DNA of 63,650 bases, counting the filler, from Octopus bimaculoides (taxonomy: Eukaryota): the NCBI RefSeq assembly GCF_001194135.2. It is 7 parts of 7 records of this genome, joined end to end, with 100 filler letters (N's around TTAATTAATTAA, not from the genome) between each part and the next. Parts side by side here need not be neighbours in the genome. Positions count along the whole stretch, not along the records: positions 27,932 to 40,833 come from NC_068981.1; positions 40,934 to 47,280 come from NW_026355253.1; positions 47,381 to 59,334 come from NC_069008.1; 4 more parts are not named here. One strand, given 5' to 3'. This document shows, piece by piece, positions 38,101-51,099 of this stretch. Position 1 is the stretch's first letter. Every line of letters starts with the position of its first letter. The position numbers and the translations under genes were made by a program. The notes under the pieces are model-generated. The model was given only the letters and a program-made list of their open reading frames with translations. It was not told the DNA's origin and made no database searches.

Positions 38101-38605
38101 CTGTTTATGTCTTTGCTGTCACACACAAAATGACAACTTCGAAATTCTTCTTCGATGACTCGGAAAAAGTTATCAAACTTTAAAAAATCTGTGTAACTTA
38201 AAAAAATAAAAGAAAATTCTAGAACAATTGAATTAAACAACGAGATTCAGCGTGAAATATTAGATCAATACACCAAATTTGAGAATGCTCACTTAATTTT
38301 AAATTTCAGAAAGTGCAGCCAAAGTGAAAAGATCCTCTAATCCAATAAAATTGTCGTCAAATCAAGCACTAAACCTTCTTGAAACACACGTTAAATCCAC
38401 TAAAACCGGTTCAGAAGAATTATGCATACATTAAGGAACCATTCTCATAAACTACCTGTTACCACATCCATATACAAACAATGAGTTCATGAAGATATTA
38501 CATTCAGTTCAGGTTAAATTTAAGATCACGTTAACATATTCAAATGATTACAAACGTGGCAACTTAAAACAAAATAAAAGACACGATTTCTCTTCTCGCC
38601 ACTGC

Positions 38606-38696
38606 CAATGGAATGGAGCAATGGAATGGAGCAATGGAATGGAGCAATGGAATGGAGCAATGGAATGGAGCAATGGAATGGAGCAATGGAATGGAG
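38606..38696. repeat. 13-bp minisatellite (CAATGGAATGGAG) x7
   Basis: Seven perfect units read directly. Confidence 0.95.
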
Positions 38697-39756
38697 TGAT
38701 CTACATTCAACAGGTGATGAATATCACATGTTGAAAGATGATGCAAAATACCAAAGTAATTATATATATATGCAGAGAGAGACGAGTGAGAAGGATAGAT
38801 AGACAGATACACATACACACATGTATACATATGGTATAACACATCGCATAATAATAAACAGAGCAAATCTACATAAACGTACATCCAAACACACTAGTAC
38901 AAATGCGCATGTGCATATTTAAACATGACTGACTATAGATTTATATCAGCGTCATATGTAAGCTCGCATGTATATCAACCTATCTATTCGGGTGTGTGAG
39001 AGTATATCTACATGTGTGTGTGTGTGTGTGTGTGCGTGCGTGTGTGTGTTTGTGTGTGACCGTGTACTTATATTTTAAGACACTTTTCTATGTTGCGTTC
39101 TTAAAATTTCTAATCTATAAATGTATGTACATAGGTATATTTATTATATATATATGCATATANNNNNNNNNNNNNNNNNNNNNNNNNNNNNNNNNNNNNN
39201 NNNNNNNNNNNNNNNNNNNNNNNNNNNNNNNNNNNNNNNNNNNNNNNNNNNNNNNNNNNNNNNNNNNNNNNNNNNNNNNNNNNNNNNNNNNNNNNNNNNN
39301 NNNNNNNNNNNNNNNNNNNNNNNNNNNNNNNNNNNNNNNNNNNNNNNNNNNNNNNNNNNNNNNNNNNNNNNNNNNNNNNNNNNNNNNNNNNNNNNNNNNN
39401 NNNNNNNNNNNNNNNNNNNNNNNNNNNNNNNNNNNNNNNNNNNNNNNNNNNNNNNNNNNNNNNNNNNNNNNNNNNNNNNNNNNNNNNNNNNNNNNNNNNN
39501 NNNNNNNNNNNNNNNNNNNNNNNNNNNNNNNNNNNNNNNNNNNNNNNNNNNNNNNNNNNNNNNNNNNNNNNNNNNNNNNNNNNNNNNNNNNNNNNNNNNN
39601 NNNNNNNNNNNNNNNNNNNNNNNNNNNNNNNNNNNNNNNNNNNNNNNNNNNNNNNNNNNNNNNNNNNNNNNNNNNNNNNNNNNNNNNNNNNNNNNNNNNN
39701 NNNNNNNNNNNNNNNNNNNNNNNNNNNNNNNNNNNNNNNNNNNNNNNNNNNNNNNN

Positions 39757-39787
<31 letters not shown>

Positions 39788-39975
39788 AAGAGAGAGAGAG
39801 AAAAAAAAGTGTGTGTGTGGGTTTGTGTTTGTGTGTGTGTGTGTTTGTGTTTGTGTTTGTGTGTGTGTGTGTTAAATTTTGTGTTTTTATGAGCTTTGTT
39901 GAGAGAATTCTTAGAATATATAAGCAAATGAAAGTATAAATTTGCATTAAAATAAATACATATACAAAACGGCAG

Positions 39976-40014
<39 letters not shown>

Positions 40015-40278
40015 CAAAATAACACTCAGCCAGGTATGTGTGCCTACCCGCACTCACACACATCGATATACCTCGTCCATCCCATTTGGTAACGATTTTT
40101 TCACACTCTCACATGCTTTAATTTTTTATTTATAAAACATAATATATGTAGCTGTCTATGTTCATATATATATGTGTATATATATGTATATACGTATGTA
40201 TGTATGCATGAATGTATGTATGTATGTATGTATGTATGCATGCATGTATGTATATATATTTAGCTGCANNNNNNNNNN

Positions 40279-40327
<49 letters not shown>

Positions 40328-40933
40328 GCAGGATGTGGGGAAAATGTATGCGTATATGTATGCAAGTACACATATACATATATACCCACTCACACACACA
40401 TAAAAACACATATATCACGAAGAGTTAATTATTTTCTTTTTATTCATATGAAGAAATATGTTAGGGGCTATCTATATGTATGCATTACTTTCGCAATTTG
40501 TATTTTAATTTCTAATCGTATGAGTATATATATAGGATGTGCAAATATAGATAAACATGTACATGAAAACGTACTCACACACATATACACATTCTCATAC
40601 AGACATTGTGTGTGTGGAAACCTTATACTTAACGTTGAATTTATATATGTATTCATGCATGTAAGAGTAAGTATATATGACGTGTGTATGTTTATATATA
40701 TATATGCATGTATGTACATATATGTATGTATATATGCATATATATATTATTTATATTATTATATGCCTGAACGCCACGCGTCCATTTCCAACTAAATTTG
40801 TATATATATGTATATATATATATATATATATATNNNNNNNNNNNNNNNNNNNNNNNNNNNNNNNNNNNNNNNNNNNNTTAATTAATTAANNNNNNNNNNN
40901 NNNNNNNNNNNNNNNNNNNNNNNNNNNNNNNNN

Positions 40934-40964
<31 letters not shown>

Positions 40965-41169
40965 TTACATGTACATATACCTTTACATGTACATATACCT
41001 TTATATACTTTTAAATATACATCAGTGAAAGTTATACTTATATACAGATATAGAAGCTTACAAAGTTGACAAGCCCCACCCACCCGCACCTATAATGTCC
41101 TATAATGATAACTAACAACAAAACAAACCGCAGAAACCTCTTATAAGTATAAACACTATAAAAAGATAT

Positions 41170-42200
41170 TACACAGAAAATTGATAATTTAGGAACGAAA
41201 ACAATATTTCATTATTAATGTTTATATCATCGTTTTTATTTTTGATTTTGCATACATGCACAATCTCATTGAAAAGGCTCATTGATAACATTTTTGATAA
41301 GCTGTATTGTTCAACAATTGTACTACAAAGAACATTACATACAGCAATGCTTTTCATGCCATATATATAACCCTGGGCATAAAAAGCCACTTTTGCAACT
41401 GTGCCCTCCTTTAATATAGGATTTTATTATACTCCAATAGCCTTCTATTGTTTGTGCATGCGCCCTTGTATTTTTATTAACCAAGCACAAAGAATGATTT
41501 GCCGTCTTTTGAGTTAACTGAAACTGTTTTTCAACATTTACATACGCCTGCCATTTATCATTATTCACAGTTAGTTTTATGGTACATAAATGCTAGCAAC
41601 AGCGTGTTAGCGTTGTGTTATTTCAACATTTGCATGTATCCCAATGATGACGACGTTGATATATCACTACCAAAATATCAAAGATGTTTGTGTGGTGTAC
41701 ACCCCTATAGTGTTTTGTTTCTGTGGAAATCACGATTCATCGATTTAGACAATGATTCTAGATTCACCAAGATTTATCAGCTTATCTATAAAGTAATTCT
41801 TACATGCTACACGGTAAAAATTGTAAATATCTACTGTTTATCACAAAAACTAACAACATGAGAAGCACTTGCTTGGCACTTCCAAACATAAATGGTTTCT
41901 ACACACTTCTGTAATGAAATTTTTGACCGCGCACAAAAAAGGCATCATGAATTCGTTCATTCTGTTTGTATTTAACACAGTTCTCTACTTCACATGTACC
42001 CTTTAATACATTATGTTTTGTCCAGTTCATCCAGTTCGCAGGCACGTTATATTAACGACACTTAAGGGTTTTTTTCCTCTGAAGACTACGCTGTTCCATA
42101 AAGTTTTTAACTTGATAGAAGGATGCATTGTTGTGAAACACAAGTGTTTGAAGGCTGCATGTTAAATCACCATAAACTTTATCCTCGTTAATAAAACTGA
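41170..42200 (-). pseudogene. Decayed Merlin (IS1016/ISXO2-like) transposase
   Basis: Motifs in order: IV*IDES, NA.TLL, NDKWQAY, TANHSLCLV...AHAQTIEGYWSIIK. These match Merlin VEIDES / SD.W.AY / VNHS..FV / HTNTIE..W..K. Termini were not identified. Confidence 0.8.
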
Positions 42201-42789
42201 ATATAAGTGTACTGATAAAATGTACTAAATGGGAAAGTCTAGTTAGAATGACTCAACAGAGCATGATTGTTCCTCTCTCCGTTTGTGAGCATGTGAGAGA
42301 GAAAGAATTGAGAATGAAGGTGAGTGAGAGAATTGTCTTTTAACCGCGTTGCCAACGGACATGGGGTCTTATAGCAGGTAAGACGATTTCTAAAGAGAAA
42401 TCAAGTTCCAAGAATTTATTAAAAAAAAAAAGAAAAAGCTTTAAATTGGCATAAAAGGTTTTTAAAAAATAGCTTTTAGAATGTTTTATTGCCATTTCGT
42501 GCGTAAAACAGATATCAGCTAGGGCTTTGATCTAAATGACAGTTGGCCATCAAACCATGACACGATATCATTGGCTAGAAATGAACGTAGAAGGCGTTTT
42601 GAGCCAGTAGTTTAGTGCTTGAAGGCAACTTAGTGGAATTGCTGGCCGGGCAGCACTCTATTTGGACATGAGGAGTTTCAAGTTCGATTCCAGAGAGAAA
42701 TGACATGCTACAAATTAATTATAGGAAGAGGATCTTCGATTAATATTGTTTTCATGGCGTGCAATTTGCACGCCATGTGTGGAAATTAC

Positions 42790-42948
42790 ACACTAGCGTA
42801 GCTAGAGTGTGTGTCGCCCGGGGCGGCCCATTCATTTGCCGCTCTCGGACTCCACAAAAAACACATATTGCCTACAATAGACCCAAAAGTACTCCCGGGG
42901 TGGGGGGACCGCCCCTACCGTCCCCATCCCAGCTACACAATCCATCTC
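42790..42948. mobile_element. Possible short MITE with GCGTAGCT/AGCTACAC-type ends
   Basis: GC-rich island bounded by CTAGCGTAGCTAG and CCCAGCTACACAA; the inverted match is weak. Confidence 0.3.
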
Positions 42949-43570
42949 GTACGTTTGTGGATTGATTTATTTATTCTATTGCAACATTAAGTTACGAAGG
43001 TTAAAAATGAGGTTATATGCTCCGACACCAAACGTGAATTAATTTTAGTTATTCAGTTATTCAAATGACCCCCAGCAGATGATTAATTATGAACATATTT
43101 TCATTAACTACAAAATATATAAAACTACACAGGTTACTTATGATAGAGATATATGTTCCCCAATACGAAAATAAAATTTTCTTAAATGTTGGTTCCTTTA
43201 GGCCCTTGAATTTTAGCATATACGAACAAGAGTTGTTACTTCAAAAATACCTTATATATATATATTTTATGTTAAGATGACATCTTTAAGAAAGCCATAT
43301 AAGCAGGAGAACGTCGATTATCTTTGGGTTTGTCATCTTTACAAGGATGTATACACACACATACACATACATGCATACGTTCGTGCATACATTCATATAG
43401 ACACATACGTGCATACATTCATATACATGTACTTGATATACACATAGTAGCACAGCTGTGTCGTAAAAAATGTTGACAATTTTATTAATGATTAAAAAAA
43501 TGGCGCATCAGAACAATGATAGAAAACATTCATAAATGTCAACAATGGAGAAAATATATGCCAATAGGCT

Positions 43571-45545
43571 TACGAATTCAACCAGTGCTGTACACGTGAC
43601 CAACTCAGATTTGGCTCAAATTTATTTTGGCAATACCTATATATGCATAAGGAACACCTGCATAAATTTAGGGTCCAGTTCCTAAGGGTTTCAAAGATAT
43701 GCACCGCCAAAATTTGAGAGCCACGCCCCTCGTGGAGAGCGAAAGTCAATTTATACAGATTTTGGTGCTCAAAATATCTTTAAAAGTAATCATAGTATCT
43801 GACTATAATTGGCTATCTCGAGTGATCTGTACCCAGTATGTCAGAATCTATTATCAATTGCTCTATTTCCATTCATTTTCAAGTTATTGGCATTTAAAAT
43901 ACGAACCATTTCATGGGCGGAAATAAAAAAAGTAATCAGCCTTCAAGGGCCTCCATGGGGCCAAAATGTCTAATAGAAGCAAACTTCTGCAGAGTTTCTT
44001 CAATTTGAGGACTGATCTGTACAGGAACTTGTTTATGAATTAAAGTTTTTTTATATGCGATATCACCCTCGTAATAAAGGCATGAACTGTGGTGGTGTCA
44101 TGTTTCAAGCAATCAGATATAACACAGATTGAAGTACATTGCAGCTTTCCACCGGTCTTCTAGTAGATAACGAATGGGTAAATAGTTGCTTGGCCATTGT
44201 TCCAATGAAACACTTGCACCTCGTTCTGCACTACAAAACTATAATTCTCTGCAAAGTCCAACAACACTTGATTTGATGTCAGATTATATTTCTGGTGACT
44301 AACGAAACTAGATTGAGCCTTTGCTATGAAATGGTGCAGTTATAGAGAATCAAATACACTGCCCGAAGTTTGAATAAAGTCATTCACTGGGGAAATTAGG
44401 CATAAGAGGGCTGTCCGGTCCACATGTGTCCACTGTTTGTACGTTATTAAATCGTCGCTGTCAAAGTCATGTGATGAAAATACATCGAACAAATATTGTT
44501 CAAAGGCAATCTTCGTAGGACATGATTCACATAGGAGCAACATACAATCACAATTGCTCACGGAACAGGTCATTTTGCCAAGCAAATCTTTGTAGTCGTG
44601 ACTACCAGGAATGGTATTGGCGATAAGTTTTGCATTTTGGTGTTGCTCACAGATATATTTTGACAGCATGCCTGAGGCAGTAACTGGAAGACACCATTTC
44701 GGTTGCAAGTCACAAAACTTCGAAAAGCCTACCTTATCTGCAGGGTACTTCGTCCTGTATTCCATAAAAAGTTCATGCAGATTCAGAAGCAATGGCTGTT
44801 TTGGCCGGTGGACTTTTCTCCGTTCTCCTTTACAGTAACAAGTTCCTTTTTACTCAGGCAAACACGTGAATATTCCTTCGATTCATAGAATTGTAATATC
44901 GGTTCCGTGACGTCAGAAGCAAGTGCTTTCCCGCCAGTCTTTGGGTTAGGATCAGCCAAAATACCCTTTTCTTTCCTCAGTTACTGTGATCTCCGCACTT
45001 ACATCAAATGTTTCGATAGTGTTTCGTGGCCAACTTTCTGTCACAAGAGCTAACAATGCACAGTAGTGCCGCTTCTAAATTCATATTCAAATGTAGCCAA
45101 ATTACGTAGTAAAATTGAATGCAAAATGATTACCATACATTTACGTATTGATGCGTGTTAATATTTTGAATTTAGAGGACTGTCGTGCATAACGCCAAAA
45201 GTGTGCTCGCGAATCTACTATGAAATTCATTACTTGAAAATGAAGGTGAATAGAGCAATTCTGATAGCAGATTCTAACATGCTGGGTACAGATCACCCGG
45301 GGTAACCACTTTTAGTCAAATACTATGGTTACTTTTTAAGATATTCAACACCAAAATCTGTATAAATTGACATTCGCGCTTCACTAGGGACGTGGCCCTT
45401 AAATTTTGGTGGGACATATCTTTGAAACCCTTAGTAATTGGACCCTAAAATTATGTATGTTTTCCTTATGCATATAGAGGTATTGTCAAAAGAAGTTTGA
45501 GTCAAATCTAAGTCGGTCACGTGTACAGCTCTGGTTGAATTCATA
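43571..45545 (-). mobile_element. Sola-like (probably Sola2) DNA transposon with ~313-bp TIRs and a decayed, internally deleted transposase
   Basis: 43571-43884 is an imperfect reverse complement of 45232-45545. The minus-strand peptide reads EKGILADP..K.GK...LLNLHELF...GFSKFCDLQPKWC...HQNAKL...CMLLLCESCP...YKQWTHVDR...LHHFIAKAQ...DFAENYSFVVQNEVQVFHWNNGQATI...ISDCLKHD. The superfamily name is from recalled motifs; no TSD was recognised. Confidence 0.8.
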
Positions 45546-45704
45546 TATTTAATCTATTGCTGACATTTACGAATGCTTTCTATCATTGTTCTGATGCACC
45601 ATTTTTTTTTATCATTAATAAAATTGTGACCGTTTTTGACGACACGAGTATGGTAGTATATGAATATTATCCCCCACGTGATATATATATATATATATAT
45701 GTGT

Positions 45705-45735
<31 letters not shown>

Positions 45736-45814
45736 CTGTGGATGTGAGTGAGTGTATGTATGTATGTGTGCGTGCGTGCGTGCGCATATGCATTTACTCT
45801 TTTATTTTTTATTT

Positions 45815-46685
45815 GACTGTAGCCTTCCTGGAGCACCACCTTGAAGGGTTTTTAGTCGAACACATCGAACCCAGAGCTTATTTTTTAAAGCCTGGTACTT
45901 ATTCTATCGGTCTCTTTTACCTAGCCGCTAGTTTACGGGGACGTGAATGCACCAACACCAGTTGTCAAGTTGTGGTAGGGGACAGACAGACACAAAGACA
46001 CACACACACACGCACACGCGCACATACATACATACATATATACATACATATATAGGCGCAGAAGTGGCTGTGGGGTAAGGCGGCAAGCTGGCAGAAACGT
46101 TAGCACACCGGGTGAAATGCTTAGCGGTATTTCGTCGGCAGTTACGTTCTGAGTTCAAATTCCGCCGAGGTCAACTTTGCCTTTCATCCTTTCAGGGTCG
46201 ATAAATTTAGTACTAGTTACGCACTGGGGTCGATGTAATCGGCTTAATCCGTTTGTCTGTCCTTGTTTGTCCCCTCTGTGTGTAGCCCCTTGTGGACAGT
46301 AAAGAAATAAGAAGCTTGCTTCCCGACCACATGGTTCCGTGTTCAGTCCCACTGCATGACACTTTGGCAAGTGTCTTCCACTATAGCCTCGGGGAAACCA
46401 AAGTCTTGTGAGTGGATTTGGTAGACGGAAACTGAAAGAGGCCAGCGTATATGTATATATATATGTGTGTGTGTATACCTATATGCTTGTGTGTCTGTGT
46501 TTGTCCCTTCCTCCATCGTTGACAGTCGATGTTAGTGTGTTTACGTCCCCGTAAATTAGCGGTTCGGCAAAAGAGACCGATAGAATAAGTACTAGGCTTT
46601 CAAAGAATAAGTCCTGGGGTCAATTTGTTCGATTAAAGGCGGTGCTCCAGCATGGCCGCAGTCAAATGACTGAAACAAATAAAAA
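45815..46685. mobile_element. SINE cluster: family C (minus, ~45815-46075), family B (plus, ~46075-46310), family C (plus, ~46310-46685)
   Basis: Each part matches other copies in the window. Confidence 0.85.
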
Positions 46686-47380
46686 AATATACATTCACAT
46701 ACACATTCATTAATTCATATACATGTGCACCCACTATTTAACCGCCATTGCATCTCAAATAACTGCTTCTTTATTTATCAACTTGCAGAGGGATGAAAGG
46801 CAAATCTTTCTTTCTATCTGTGTATATATCCCAACAATACAGATGCTATCGTTTAGCTTACTTTGATTTAAGGTTCTCCAGCACCGTTTTTATTTTATCA
46901 AGCATAATGTAAGCAGAGATTTTTTTTTTACCGCATATGTCCTTAATATGTTTTGCAGACCTTAAAGTGTGACTCGAGAGAGACTTGGTTGTTATTTCTA
47001 AAAGGCCAAAACTTATGTCAGTCCTTGAAGTGATCACAAGAAGCCACCTAAGTTAGTGATTCTCAAACTGGCACATAGCCACCTGCAACCCCGGAAGTGT
47101 TCATTTGATACCACCGACTTCAGTACTTGGATCTTTTTTAAAACGGGGACCACATTTTTCATTAATGTTTTACGTAGTGTTTTTGGTACCGAAAGACTTT
47201 CAAACTTCGTATACTTATCTATTTTGTGTTATAGAACAGAAAAATATTTTTGTATTCGAATTTATTTCATGTAAAAAATTNNNNNNNNNNNNNNNNNNNN
47301 NNNNNNNNNNNNNNNNNNNNNNNNTTAATTAATTAANNNNNNNNNNNNNNNNNNNNNNNNNNNNNNNNNNNNNNNNNNNN

Positions 47381-47418
<38 letters not shown>

Positions 47419-47445
47419 GATATACATATATATATATCTATATAT

Positions 47446-47476
<31 letters not shown>

Positions 47477-47706
47477 TATATATATTTATATATATACACA
47501 CACAGACATATGCTTACGTACATACAAATGTGCGCATATATATTTTTTTAACACACTCGTATACGCTATACTTACTGACACATACGCACACAGACATACA
47601 CATAAACACACATAACACGACAAAAGTACATAAATATATATACATATATGTATATATATATATATATATATACGTATATATACATGTATATACATATATA
47701 TGTATA

Positions 47707-47862
<156 letters not shown>

Positions 47863-48524
47863 CACATACATAAAACACACATAGTAGTTTAGTAGTTTTT
47901 AGAGCTAATTAGGAGTAATTATCTGGATTCCTCTCACACCAATAATGAAATGAAAACCCAATCAACTAATTCAAAGAAGCAGACGACATTAACGCTAGCA
48001 TCCATTCTAACGAATTTAGTAGGCAAATAAATGTACAAAACCTCATAAAAATACATTAACAAGTGTGTAGAACGACTCTATACACCTTAATATAACAACA
48101 ACAACGACTATATCGACATTAATTACGTCAAAACTTGAAAAATTCCCTTCTCTTCATTGGTTGTTAAATATGCGAGCAGTGTAATGGCTGCAGTGATTTG
48201 ATAAAGATGACGTGAAGAGGTTGATGGCGGGTGCTTTAAGGTCAAAGAATGTTTAGAAGTGATGGATGACGGTGAAGAGAGAAAGTGGGGTGGTTTCTTT
48301 TTTTTTTTTTAGGAAGATTAGATGCTAACGGTTCGCTTAATAAATCTGTCAGGGTGAGAGTGTAAATTGATTTTTGCCTTTCAGCTTGTTTATTTAGTGC
48401 GTGAATGTGTGCGCGCGAGTATATAATGTATATACATATGTGTGTGTATATATATATATATATGCCCACACTCACACTTATATATCTATGTGTCTATGAG
48501 TACATACACAGGCATATATATTCT

Positions 48525-48935
48525 TTTATTTGTTTCAGTCATTTGACTGCGGCCATACTGGAGCACCGCCTTTATAGCCGAACAAATTGACCCTAGAACT
48601 TATTCTTTGTAAACCTAGTACTTACTGTATCGCTCTCGTTCATCGAACTGCTATGTTACGGGGACATAAACACACCAGCATCGGTTGTCAAGCGATGGTG
48701 GGGGACAAACACAGACGCTCACAGACACGCACACACACACATGTATATACATACACACACACACAGATATATACGACGAGCTTTCAGTTTCCGTCTATCA
48801 AATCCACTCACAAGGCTTTGGTCGGCCCGAGGCTATAGTAGAATACACTTACCCAAGGTGCCACGCAGTGGGACTGAACCCGGGGACCATGAGGTCGGGG
48901 AAGTAAGCTTCTTACCACACAGCCATACCTGCATC
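48525..48935 (-). mobile_element. Full-length family C SINE, followed by an inverted head fragment at ~48975-49050
   Basis: Complete head, microsatellite and tail. Confidence 0.88.
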
Positions 48936-49136
48936 TAAACACACACACACACACACACATATAATACATGTTTCCTGCTTCAGTCCCACTGCGTGGCACC
49001 TTGAGCAAGTGTCTTCTACAATAGCCACGAGCTAACCAAAGCCTTGTTAGTGAATTTCTCTATCTCGGCACTTCTCCATCTTTCAATACATAAATGTAAA
49101 GATAGATAGGTATTTGATGTAGGCTTATCCCTTTTG

Positions 49137-49169
49137 CTGATGACGCCTATTGAGGTAGGAACAGCTGTC
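49137..49169 (+). ncRNA. Degenerate hammerhead-like motif
   Basis: CTGATGA-C-GCCT(ATTG)AGGT-A-GGAAC-AGCT-GTC. The core has GGAA instead of GAAA and stem I is not supported. Confidence 0.35.
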
Positions 49170-49369
49170 CTCATGTATCCAGGCAAACTGTATTTTTGTT
49201 AACGGCAGGCCAGTTTCAGTGAATTCCTGGTTCTTGGGCTTATCCCTCTTTTCATTTGCTGACTATCTTAATTACGAGGCATTTGCTTACCCAACTCTCA
49301 ATGGGAAGATAATTTTAATAAATCAAGAATTATGATGCATGGTATTTGATGAACAAGGTTTGTACCTTG

Positions 49370-49486
49370 TAAAACCAAAAGTTTTCAGGTTTTTTTCAGG
49401 AGAGACATTTGGTTATTTCAAAGGAGTACAGAACTCTAATTACCTTCTAATTAGGATCTTCTCAATTCAATGCATTTGTTGTAGCG
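49370..49486 (-). mobile_element. Probable mariner transposase C-terminus and right end
   Basis: The minus frame reads HK*LERYNKCIELRRS*LE, like the mariner GI.KL.ERW.KCI...G.Y.E terminus, followed by CCTGAAAACTTTT. Confidence 0.45.
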
Positions 49487-49741
49487 CTCCAGTCATTTGT
49501 GAAGGGTCCATGGAACTCCTCCAGTCATTTGTGAAGGGTCTATGGAAGTCCTCCAGTCATTTGTGAAGGGTCCATGGAAGTCCTCCAGTCATTTGTGAAG
49601 GGGCTATGGAAGTCCTCCAGTCATTTATGAAGGGCCCATGGAAGTCCTCCAGTCATTTGTGAAGGGTCCATGGAAGTCCTCCAGTCATTTGTGAAGGGTC
49701 TATGGAAGTCCTCCAGTCATTTGTGAAGGGTCCATGGAAGT
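49487..49741. repeat. 32-bp minisatellite (CTCCAGTCATTTGTGAAGGGTCCATGGAAGTC) x8, running into a gap
   Basis: Eight near-identical contiguous units with no spacers. Confidence 0.95.
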
Positions 49742-50540
49742 NNNNNNNNNNNNNNNNNNNNNNNNNNNNNNNNNNNNNNNNNNNNNNNNNNNNNNNNNNN
49801 NNNNNNNNNNNNNNNNNNNNNNNNNNNNNNNNNNNNNNNNNNNNNNNNNNNNNNNNNNNNNNNNNNNNNNNNNNNNNNNNNNNNNNNNNNNNNNNNNNNN
49901 NNNNNNNNNNNNNNNNNNNNNNNNNNNNNNNNNNNNNNNNNNNNNNNNNNNNNNNNNNNNNNNNNNNNNNNNNNNNNNNNNNNNNNNNNNNNNNNNNNNN
50001 NNNNNNNNNNNNNNNNNNNNNNNNNNNNNNNNNNNNNNNNNNNNNNNNNNNNNNNNNNNNNNNNNNNNNNNNNNNNNNNNNNNNNNNNNNNNNNNNNNNN
50101 NNNNNNNNNNNNNNNNNNNNNNNNNNNNNNNNNNNNNNNNNNNNNNNNNNNNNNNNNNNNNNNNNNNNNNNNNNNNNNNNNNNNNNNNNNNNNNNNNNNN
50201 NNNNNNNNNNNNNNNNNNNNNNNNNNNNNNNNNNNNNNNNNNNNNNNNNNNNNNNNNNNNNNNNNNNNNNNNNNNNNNNNNNNNNNNNNNNNNNNNNNNN
50301 NNNTTTATTTATTTATTTTTTTTGTTAAATATTATTTCCTCCATCCCGACTGAGTATGTGTGTGTGTGTACGTGTGTGTGTATGTGTGTGTGTGTGTGTG
50401 CATGCGTGTGTGTCTAAATATATGATGTGTGTAGCGAACCCATAGCTTCATGATTGTCCCAAAAATGGTGCCATGTGTGTGTGCGTATACATACATACAC
50501 GCACACACACTCACACATATATATACAGATACATATATAC

Positions 50541-50595
<55 letters not shown>

Positions 50596-51099
50596 CCAGT
50601 GTGTATTTGTGTATGTATGTGTGTGTGTGTGGATGTATGTCCCTTTAAGCCTTTATTTTCACATGCTAGTGTGTATATGTGAATGTATGTGTATATAAAT
50701 GTACGTGTATATATATATATATATATATANNNNNNNNNNGTGTGGAGTGGGGCGAGTAAGAGAGGGGGGGTGAAGCGAAAAAATAACAACAACAGCAACG
50801 AACAATAATAACAAGAACAAGAACATTTACGAAAAACGCCTTCACGTCAACAGATTTAGGGAGAGAAAGGTGGTAGCAGTAGCAGTAGTAGTAGTAGAAG
50901 GAGAAGGAGGAGGAGGAGGAGGTGAAGGAAATGCTGTGATGTTTATTTGTGTGAGTTTATTATTAGCATAACCGACTCTTGAAGTGAAGCGAGTCGATGT
51001 GTGTGTCATAAGGCTTCGACCGGAATTGAAACTCTGACGACGGTGATCCTTTCGTTTTATTACCTCATAAATTTTAGATGCTGGTATAATAGAAATATT

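Noticed and set aside
49487-49741. 32-bp repeats of CRISPR-like length
   Set aside because: The units are contiguous with no spacers, there are no cas genes, and the context is eukaryotic.
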